Positions 56,732-64,000 of a DNA stretch of 64,000 nt are shown piece by piece. Source of the stretch: Planctomycetota bacterium (GTDB lineage: Bacteria > Planctomycetota > GCA-002687715 > CAIWVZ01). The position numbers and the translations under genes are program-made. Below the pieces are notes generated by a model, which ran no database searches, was not told where the DNA came from, and was given only the letters and a program-made list of their open reading frames with translations. Location of the stretch: the NCBI GenBank assembly GCA_044222185.1, contig JBGANV010000001.1:1312001-1376000 (forward strand), written 5' to 3'. The stretch's first letter is position 1; each line of letters begins with the position of its first letter.

Positions 56732-59395
56732 ATGATCCACGCACGACGAACGACGCGTCCCGTCGGGATCGCGCACGTCTCAGCAGCGCTCCTGATCGCG
56801 GCGACGGGACTCAGCCAGTTTCCATTCGACGCCCCGCGCACCTTCGACTCGGGTTTCATCCAGGCGTGGGGTGACGTCGACGGAGACGGCGATGTCGATC
56901 TGATCCGGTTCCCGAACGATCCCGTCGCGGCCGGCACCGTGTCGACCGAGCTCAACGCGGGAGCGTGGAGATTCGTGACCGTCGCTGCCGGAGCGAAGGC
57001 CGCGGGGGTCGGCCGGTTCGCCGCCGTCGCGGACGTGACGGGTGATGGACTCGGGGACCTCGTGATGTCGGTCGACCAGGGAGTGCGCTGCCCCAGCGCT
57101 GGCCTCGAGGTCTGGCGCTCGCGCGGGGACGGAACGTTCGAACCGCCGCGCTTCACGGATCTCGCTGGCGCCGTGATCGATCTCCTCATCGGCGACGCGG
57201 ACGGCGACGCGACGATGGAGATCTGCGTACAGATCGCCGTGCCGATCGGGTCGCCACGGCTCACGTGGTTCGACGTGTCCCCCGGCGCGACGATCTCGTC
57301 GATCCCAGGGATGTGGATTCCGCTCGCGTCGAACGCGACCGCCATCGTCGACGCCGATGGCGACGGAGACGATGACGTCGCCGCGATCGTCTGGCCGGCT
57401 GGGGGAATCACGTTCATGCTTTCCGAACCCGGCGCCATCGTGCCATTCGGATTCGTCGCCATGCCTCCACCCGTCTCCGGCATGCTGGTGACGGGAGACC
57501 TGGACGGCGACGGAGATGCGGACCTCGCCCAAGTCCGGACGACGGGCGCGGCGGGAAGCGGCGCACCGGTGCAGATCATGCGCATCGTGAACGGTGGAGG
57601 CGGCGTCTGGACGCCCTTCCCCTTCGCCGCCGTGACGAACGTCACCGTCGCGATCTACAACCAGCCGGTTGCGTTCGGACTGGAAGACGTGACTGGCGAT
57701 GGCCGCGCCGACCTGGAATTCGTGACGACCTACGGAAGCACCTACACGATCCAGGTTGCCGCAGGCGGCGCCACGGGCACCTTCACGCGGGTTTTCGCCG
57801 GTGTGTATTTCGATGGACATCCCGACACGCTCGGCGTCACGCCCCAACGAGCGCCGCCTGGAGACCTGAACGGTGATGGGAAACAGGACCTCGTGTTTCC
57901 TCGCATGATCTTCAGCGGCAGCCTGGCCGAATCCGGCGTCGGTCCGTACCTCGGCGTCGTTTCGCATGCGCGGCTTCGCGACGTGGAGGGAGATGGCGAC
58001 CTGGACGTCGTGGGGACGTTCGGCATCGGCATGAACCTCGGGGACGGGCTGATGACCTCGGTCGCCGTCACGCTTCCACCGCCGCCGGCCGGTCATTACT
58101 TCGGCGCCGTTCGTGCGATCGCCGACGTGGACGATGACCACATCCCTGATTGGATCATCGATGAAGCGCTCGGGCCTTACGAGACCTCGCCCATCGTTGC
58201 CCAGCGACGCTACAGGCTCGATGGAAACACCGCGCTCGTCGACCTGGGGCCGATCGCGCCGCCTGGCGTCGTCTTCTACCGGAAGGCCTCGTCCTCCCCC
58301 GAGGCCGACTTCGATGGCGACGGAGACCTGGACCTCGCTGCGACCGGCGCCGTGGCGATCAACGACGGCGCCGGACACTTCACGCCGGTGCCAACCTCCG
58401 AGCCCGGCCTCGATCCGGTCGATACGGGCGACGTCGACGGGGACGGCGACGCGGACATCCTCTGCTCCTACGTCGGCTACGACGGGATCTACCTCCTGCG
58501 GAACCTGTCGGGCGCGCAGTTCCGGACGGAAACACTGCTCGACCGGTTCACGACGCCGGACGTCGCGACGCCACCTCGGCTTCGAGATCTGGACGGCGAC
58601 GGCGACCTGGACGTGGTGTACGGCCTCGCGCCCGGGAACATGACCACGGAGGCACACGTCCTGGAGAACGTGGCGGGGCGTTTCCGCGACGTGCTGGCGC
58701 CGCTGCCCGTGGTCCAAAGTGGCCTCGGCGAACGGGTCGTGGAGGCGGCTGACTTCGACGGTGACGGCCTGATCGACCTGTGCATCGGCGACGTGTCTCG
58801 CCAGAACCCGATTCCGATTCACAACGCCAGGGTCTGGTTCTGCCGCCGCCTGGCACCCGGTTGGGTCTTCGATGCACCAATGGCGTTCCTGACGACGGGT
58901 CTGTCGGAGATCGCCGACGTCGACTCCGACGGCGATCCGGACATCGTGGGTTGGCTGCTGCTCCGCAACCGTCGCGGCGAGGACCTCGATCGAGGGGTCG
59001 TGCGTCAATACGGCGACGGCACGCCGGGCTCCGAGAGCTTCCGCCCGCGGCTCGGGTATGCGGGGACCATGCAAGCTGCGTCGCACGGCGCATTGCGAAT
59101 TCGTTTCGGGCTCGGCGGGGCCGACGGCCTCCTGGTCGCCGGAGCCCACGAGTCCAACGTCGCCAACAGCCCGTTGCCGGGGCTCGTCTCCTACGCGGAG
59201 CCATGGCTCGTGCTCGCTCCACTGACGCTCGGCGGTACACCCGGTGCTGCCGGCAACGGATGGCTCGACGTACCGATGGTGCCGCCAGCCGCCATCGCGG
59301 GACTGGATCTATTCATTCAGATCGGCGTGCTGGACGCGGGTGCCACGCCCGGTGCGGCCGTGTCCCAGGGGCTCCAACTGCGGTTTGCGCCGTGA
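56732..59395 (+). CDS. Secreted FG-GAP/VCBS repeat protein with C-terminal ~130 aa domain
   Basis: More than 10 D.DGDGD.D motifs; signal-like N-terminus. Confidence 0.9.
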   Translation: MIHARRTTRPVGIAHVSAALLIAATGLSQFPFDAPRTFDSGFIQAWGDVDGDGDVDLIRFPNDPVAAGTVSTELNAGAWRFVTVAAGAKAAGVGRFAAVADVTGDGLGDLVMSVDQGVRCPSAGLEVWRSRGDGTFEPPRFTDLAGAVIDLLIGDADGDATMEICVQIAVPIGSPRLTWFDVSPGATISSIPGMWIPLASNATAIVDADGDGDDDVAAIVWPAGGITFMLSEPGAIVPFGFVAMPPPVSGMLVTGDLDGDGDADLAQVRTTGAAGSGAPVQIMRIVNGGGGVWTPFPFAAVTNVTVAIYNQPVAFGLEDVTGDGRADLEFVTTYGSTYTIQVAAGGATGTFTRVFAGVYFDGHPDTLGVTPQRAPPGDLNGDGKQDLVFPRMIFSGSLAESGVGPYLGVVSHARLRDVEGDGDLDVVGTFGIGMNLGDGLMTSVAVTLPPPPAGHYFGAVRAIADVDDDHIPDWIIDEALGPYETSPIVAQRRYRLDGNTALVDLGPIAPPGVVFYRKASSSPEADFDGDGDLDLAATGAVAINDGAGHFTPVPTSEPGLDPVDTGDVDGDGDADILCSYVGYDGIYLLRNLSGAQFRTETLLDRFTTPDVATPPRLRDLDGDGDLDVVYGLAPGNMTTEAHVLENVAGRFRDVLAPLPVVQSGLGERVVEAADFDGDGLIDLCIGDVSRQNPIPIHNARVWFCRRLAPGWVFDAPMAFLTTGLSEIADVDSDGDPDIVGWLLLRNRRGEDLDRGVVRQYGDGTPGSESFRPRLGYAGTMQAASHGALRIRFGLGGADGLLVAGAHESNVANSPLPGLVSYAEPWLVLAPLTLGGTPGAAGNGWLDVPMVPPAAIAGLDLFIQIGVLDAGATPGAAVSQGLQLRFAP

Positions 59396-59785
59396 TGCGT
59401 CAGGGCGTGATCGAGACGCCCCCGGCCCTCGACGCGCCGCGAGCCGAGCCCCGCGACGACGTGCGCGCAGAACGTCGAGGTTCGGATCCGTTCGTCGCGA
59501 ACTGCAAGGCGAACTGACGCCCCGTGAAGCACCACGCGCGCTGGCGTTCGCGCTTCTCCAGGCCCGCGCGGCCCTCCGCCGTCGCGGGCTTTCTCATGAG
59601 AGGTGCGCGAGAACTCCGCGAGGCGGGCGCATCCCACCGGCCCCGGGTCGAAGGGGCGCTCCGACGCCGGCGGGCGACACGAGGCGAGGAGGCTGGACCC
59701 TCTCGGAGTCAGCCGCCGCCACATCGTCGAGGTTCGGTCGCGCCCCGTTCCGGTCGACGGCTCGCGCCGCAGGGATCGGACCGAG

Positions 59786-60190
59786 TCAGAGGAACGTCAG
59801 CGTGCCCCGGTCCAACCTCCAATGCTGCACGTAGTCGTCGTGCCCGCTCTGGTTCAACGTCGTCCAGTGCGTGTATCGGGCGGAGAGGACGACCTGGTGG
59901 CCGACCGAGTCGGTGAGCCGCACGTTCGTGAGGTTCAGCCCCATCGGGTAGACGGCGTAGATCCCCGAATCGTAGACGGTCCCCGCGATCGAGAGAGTGA
60001 CGCGGCCATTCGTCGCCGACGCCGAGATGGAGCCGATCACCAGCGGGCCGCCGTTGGGGCCGACTCCATCGTTCATGACGGCGTAGCAAGTCCTCGTCGC
60101 GGTGCATGGCGTCGGCTTCAGGCCGACGACCGGAATGCGGGACGAAGACGCCATGAGCACGAGCATCAGGAGCGGAGAGAGCTTCCACAT
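59786..60190 (-). CDS. Small secreted beta-rich hypothetical protein
   Basis: AAGGA RBS, signal peptide MWKLSPLLMLVLMA, protein-like composition. Confidence 0.7.
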   Translation of the reverse strand: MWKLSPLLMLVLMASSSRIPVVGLKPTPCTATRTCYAVMNDGVGPNGGPLVIGSISASATNGRVTLSIAGTVYDSGIYAVYPMGLNLTNVRLTDSVGHQVVLSARYTHWTTLNQSGHDDYVQHWRLDRGTLTFL

Positions 60191-60762
60191 GGGACGTTCC
60201 TTTCGCGGCCGGGACGCGGTGATGCCAGTGACCGCCCACGTTCACGCACGATCGAGTTCGGGGCGGCGACGACGGCGGGACCATGCGATCGCACCGCTCG
60301 TGAAGATGGCCGTGGAGGAGTCCGACGCGATGGGGAACGCGTCGCGGGGGAACTGCCGTTGAGGTTGCGCCCCGCCGTCGCACGGCGCCAGCAGAGCGTG
60401 GGCCCGCGCGATGCCGAAGCGCGGTCGACGTGGACTCAGCACCACGTACACGCACCCGTACGCGCCGTCGGCGTCGCGCGCCGTCACGCCAGGCCCTCGA
60501 CGCCGTCCGGGTGCGGCGAAGTTTCGTCGATGGCGGCAAACCCGAGCGGTCGACGCCGGACACCGCGGCTGGCCCGCCACTCGCAGCCTGACGTGAGCCA
60601 TCCGCGCGCGGTCACCGGCCGCTCGAAGCGCGGCGCCCTCGGCGACGGGCGTTCCGACGGCGCGATCGGCGTCGCTCGGCGTTTCAGGGCGTCGCAATCG
60701 CACACCTCCGCGAGATTGCGGCCCCCTGGACCAGCGTCACCACCTCGTGCAAGATCGCCCCC

Positions 60763-61827
60763 GTGGAACTCGCACGAAGACGTCTCGCCGGCTTGGGACC
60801 CGGGATCGAGATCGGCCGGTCCGTCATCAACACGTTCCCGGGCATCGAGGCCTGGAACGTGGATTTGCAGCACGACGGGTACTTCCAGGCAGCCCAGCGC
60901 GAGGTGGCGAGCCTGGCCTCACGGGTCGACGTCGTCGCACCCGCGTCACGCCTTCCGTTCGCCGACGGCGCGCTGGGGTTCGTGCTCACGAGCCACGTCA
61001 TCGAGCACATGAACGACGCGATCCGCGCGCTTCACGAATGGGACCGCGTCGTGAGGCCGGGCGGAGTCATCTTCACGATCGCTCCGCACAAGGAGCGGAC
61101 CAGCGACGTGGGCCGGCCGCGCACGCCGCTCCGCCACCTGCTCGCGGACTACGCCGAAGCGGTGACCGCGGAGTCCGACTTCCTCATTCCCACGAGCCAC
61201 CATCATGTGTGGGTGACGGAGGACTTCGTCGAGATCATCGCGTACCTCACCCATTCCGGCTGCATCGATTGGGAGGTCACGGACGTCGAAGACGTGGACT
61301 CGAAGGTCGGCAACGGATTCACGGTCGTCGCGAGGAAGCGCTCGACACTGCCGCCGCCCGAGCCGCCGCCTCGCCCCGTCGTCGCGTTCCGGCGATTCCG
61401 GCTGATCCTTCCCTTCCAGGCGATCGGGCGGATCGTCGAAGGGTTCTCGGACGGCCCTGATTCACCGCCGCCCAGCACGCTCCCGGGCGGCGTCTATCAG
61501 GTGTCGGCGATCACGGACGGCTTCCCGCCGAGGGTCGCATGGACGCAACGGATCTCCGTCGGCGCCACCACCCAACAGCCTCGAATCCTCCACGTGGAGC
61601 GCAGTGGCCAGACCGTGCGCATGATCGGCGAGCACCTCACTCCCAGCACCTACGTCGAGGCCCGCTTGCCTGACGGGATCGAAGTGCGCCTGCTCCCGCG
61701 CTTCACCGAGAACGGGCTCGAGGGCGACTTCGGGCGGGGCATCGGCGACATAGGCCAAGTGGTCATGCGAGCCGTGAATCCGTCACCGAGCGGGGGCGCG
61801 AGCCTGCCGTTCGTCGCGTGGCTCTGA
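60763..61827 (+). CDS. Class I SAM-dependent methyltransferase with C-terminal extension
   Basis: GIEIG, LPFADG...VLTSHVIEH, EWDRVVRPGG. Confidence 0.85.
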   Translation: MELARRRLAGLGPGIEIGRSVINTFPGIEAWNVDLQHDGYFQAAQREVASLASRVDVVAPASRLPFADGALGFVLTSHVIEHMNDAIRALHEWDRVVRPGGVIFTIAPHKERTSDVGRPRTPLRHLLADYAEAVTAESDFLIPTSHHHVWVTEDFVEIIAYLTHSGCIDWEVTDVEDVDSKVGNGFTVVARKRSTLPPPEPPPRPVVAFRRFRLILPFQAIGRIVEGFSDGPDSPPPSTLPGGVYQVSAITDGFPPRVAWTQRISVGATTQQPRILHVERSGQTVRMIGEHLTPSTYVEARLPDGIEVRLLPRFTENGLEGDFGRGIGDIGQVVMRAVNPSPSGGASLPFVAWL

Positions 61828-61845
61828 TCGGTCCGCCTTCGCTGG

Positions 61846-63306
61846 TCACTGCGCAGACCACGACGACACCGTCCCGTCGCCGTTGCCGAACGAGACGGCG
61901 CCACGCTTTCCGTACGTCCACAGGACGATGGGCCCGAAGTTGCGAACGTGGTCCGGCTCGCCGAGCATCGTGCGGACCTCGGCAGGAGTGGCGCCCTTTC
62001 GCAGCCGGCTCCATGCATCGGGATCGTGCGCACTCCCGTTCTCGGCCGATCCGTCGGATCGTCCTTGGGGTGCGGACGGCTCGCTCCACGACGACAGCAC
62101 GCTCGTCGCGCCCGCGAACGATGCCGTTCCTCCTCGGAAGTAGCTCCAGGTCACGAACGGACCGAAGTCCTGGATGTGGTCGGGCTCGCCGAGGAGGTCA
62201 CGCACCGCGTCCTGCGTCTGGCCGCGTTCGAGCCGCCGCCAGAGCCGAACGTCAGTCGAGCGGTCCTCCGACACAGGCCGGCCGACGCGAACGGCAGCCG
62301 CGGATGGCTCGTTCCACGCGGTGATCCGCACGGGCGTGCCGCTCAGCTCGACCGTCCCGCCGAACGGATATGTCCACACGACGAACGGGCCGTAGTCCCG
62401 GATGTGATCAGGTTCGCCGAGTCGGTTCCGAAGCTCGTCACGCGGAGCATTCCGCGTCACTCGGCGCCAATTTCGCAGGTCCAGCGCGGGTCCATGGTCA
62501 GCGACCTGGAGTGACTGTTCGAGGAAGATCGTGGGCTCGGACCACGAGCACAGGCGCGCCGGGGATCCGCAGAACGATGCATTCCCACCGGCCTGGTACA
62601 CCCACGTCGTGATGGGGCCGTAGTCCTGGACGTGATCGGGCTCACCGAGACGCAGCCGGACCTCGGCCGGGCCGTCGTCTCGCTTCAGTTGGCGCCAATC
62701 GGCGACGCGGGTTCGGACCGCATCCAGGGTCGGGGACGCATTCGCGTTGCGTGCCGCACTGCGTGGGGACGGCGCCGGTACGTCCCCGGGGCGGGACTCA
62801 GCCCGGGTCCTGGCCGTGGGCTTGGAGGTACGAGGCTGCGACCGTCGTGCCGGGGCAGTCGATTCCAACGGTGGTACCGGAGGCGCATCCCGGCCGCTGA
62901 TCGTGATCGGCGATGGCACGGGCGATGGGCGCAGATCGGGGGCAGGCGCGAGCACTGCATCGTCGACGCCGGCCGTCCGACGCGCACGACTTCGCTCGCC
63001 GGATGGGCGCAGGCGGAGATAGGCAGCGAGCCCGACGACCGCGACCGCGACGAGAAGCAACGCGGCGACGACGGCGAGGACTCGCGGCGACGGCGCAGCG
63101 CGCCTTCGAAGCGGAGGCGGCGGCGCCGGCGGAGTCGATCGTTCCGCCGCGAGGCTTGCGGCGAGCGCTGCGTCCAGTTCCGCGCGGAGCGCGTCAGCCT
63201 GCGCCCGCGCCGTACGCGCCTCGGCATCCGTCGCGGCATGATTGATCGCGAGCCGCTCGAGCTTGGCGATGCGCCGTTCTATGCGCCTTCGTTCGTGGTG
63301 ATCCAT
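61846..63306 (-). CDS. Membrane protein with four BamE/SmpA-like repeats
   Basis: N-terminal helical domain, TM helix, Pro/Arg linker, four W..L..G....VR..LGEPDH..D.GP...W.Y..GG...F.G......W.EP units. Confidence 0.8.
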   Translation of the reverse strand: MDHHERRRIERRIAKLERLAINHAATDAEARTARAQADALRAELDAALAASLAAERSTPPAPPPPLRRRAAPSPRVLAVVAALLLVAVAVVGLAAYLRLRPSGERSRARRTAGVDDAVLAPAPDLRPSPVPSPITISGRDAPPVPPLESTAPARRSQPRTSKPTARTRAESRPGDVPAPSPRSAARNANASPTLDAVRTRVADWRQLKRDDGPAEVRLRLGEPDHVQDYGPITTWVYQAGGNASFCGSPARLCSWSEPTIFLEQSLQVADHGPALDLRNWRRVTRNAPRDELRNRLGEPDHIRDYGPFVVWTYPFGGTVELSGTPVRITAWNEPSAAAVRVGRPVSEDRSTDVRLWRRLERGQTQDAVRDLLGEPDHIQDFGPFVTWSYFRGGTASFAGATSVLSSWSEPSAPQGRSDGSAENGSAHDPDAWSRLRKGATPAEVRTMLGEPDHVRNFGPIVLWTYGKRGAVSFGNGDGTVSSWSAQ

Positions 63307-63489
63307 CGGATGGGGTGCCGAGTGGCGCCGATCTTACCCCTCCCGCCGAAAACCGCAGCCGTCAGGCGACCCTGGAACGCCGAACGCCGACACGGACGAC
63401 TCGCTGGAGTCGTCCGCGCCGGCATTTTGGTGCGCTCGCGCGCAGCTCAGCTCATTGCACTCTGCGCACGCTGATGTCGCGATCTCCCA

Positions 63490-63999
63490 TCAGGGCGTCG
63501 TGTACACGACGGGCAGGCTCGATCGAACGAACTGGCCGCCCGAGGTGAACAGCGCCGACGCCGCATACAGCGTCAGGCCAGGAGGTACGCCCGCCGGAAT
63601 CTCGAACACGTTCGACAACTGCTGATCCAGGGTTCCGAAGAACGGCACGGTGCCGGCGCCGGCCTCCGAGAACAGCTCCGGAAGCGACAGGCTGATGCCG
63701 AAGGAGCTTCCACCCGGGAACCAACCGTGCGGGAAGGAACCGGCCGTGGTCGTGATCCCCGTGAAGAAGAACTGCCCGGACTGATCGCCCTCCTGCACGG
63801 TGAGCTGGAGGCTCCCCGATCCGGCCTGCGACGCGAACCGCAGGTTGAACGCGCCCGAATTGCGCAGGAACACGATGTTGTCGATGACGGCCTGGCTCGA
63901 GCCCTGGTTGTCGCCGCCGTTCCAGCAGGTGATCGAAAGCTTCGAACCAGCCGGCACGGCGCCGAAGATGCCCGCGAACTTCTGAGCGCCCGTCGAACC
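63490..63999 (-). CDS. C-terminal part of a probable secreted protein (5' end beyond window)
   Basis: Frame open to the window edge; ends in a beta-rich domain (GTLD...IPAGVPPGLTLYAAS). Confidence 0.75.
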   Translation of the reverse strand, partial: GSTGAQKFAGIFGAVPAGSKLSITCWNGGDNQGSSQAVIDNIVFLRNSGAFNLRFASQAGSGSLQLTVQEGDQSGQFFFTGITTTAGSFPHGWFPGGSSFGISLSLPELFSEAGAGTVPFFGTLDQQLSNVFEIPAGVPPGLTLYAASALFTSGGQFVRSSLPVVYTTP

Positions 64000-64000
64000 C

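Noticed and set aside
59400-60703. Small ORFs 59400-59597 and 60242-60703 (minus strand)
   Set aside because: No recognisable motifs or convincing RBS; low-complexity Arg/Ala composition

Overview
High-GC bacterial DNA. The gene content (ECF sigma/Ser-Thr kinase pairs, HEAT-vWA, DUF1573 next to multiheme cytochromes, many FG-GAP secreted proteins) suggests a Planctomycetota genome; this is inference. The left part holds ArsR/SRPBCC, larC, a DUF62 SAM hydrolase and a TolB-like amidohydrolase. It is followed by a small accessory island: a 7x201-bp FG-GAP propeller gene, an IS66 remnant interrupted by the end of a RIT tyrosine-recombinase element, and a chimeric ORF. The middle holds an ECF/kinase pair, an MCP, pmm/ltaE/aminotransferase, and an ~11-kb porin/cytochrome c/iron-type ABC transporter/DUF1573 cluster. 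Next come a TMTC-like glycosyltransferase, clpB, a dksA-like gene, NUDIX, HEAT-vWA, GNAT and a short-variable-arm tRNA-Leu(UAA). The right part is accessory: a second ECF/kinase pair, an astacin-type protease, an FGE-fold lipoprotein, a VCBS protein, a methyltransferase and a BamE/SmpA-like repeat protein. Best candidates for undescribed biology: (i) a ~115-130 aa C-terminal domain shared by unrelated secreted proteins, plus a protein built only from three copies of a similar domain (possible sorting/surface-display system); (ii) the ABC transporter translationally coupled to a pentaheme cytochrome, facing a Fur-box-like porin-cytochrome pair; (iii) site-specific hypervariability in the FG-GAP repeats. 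All family assignments come from recognising motifs by eye; no searches were run.
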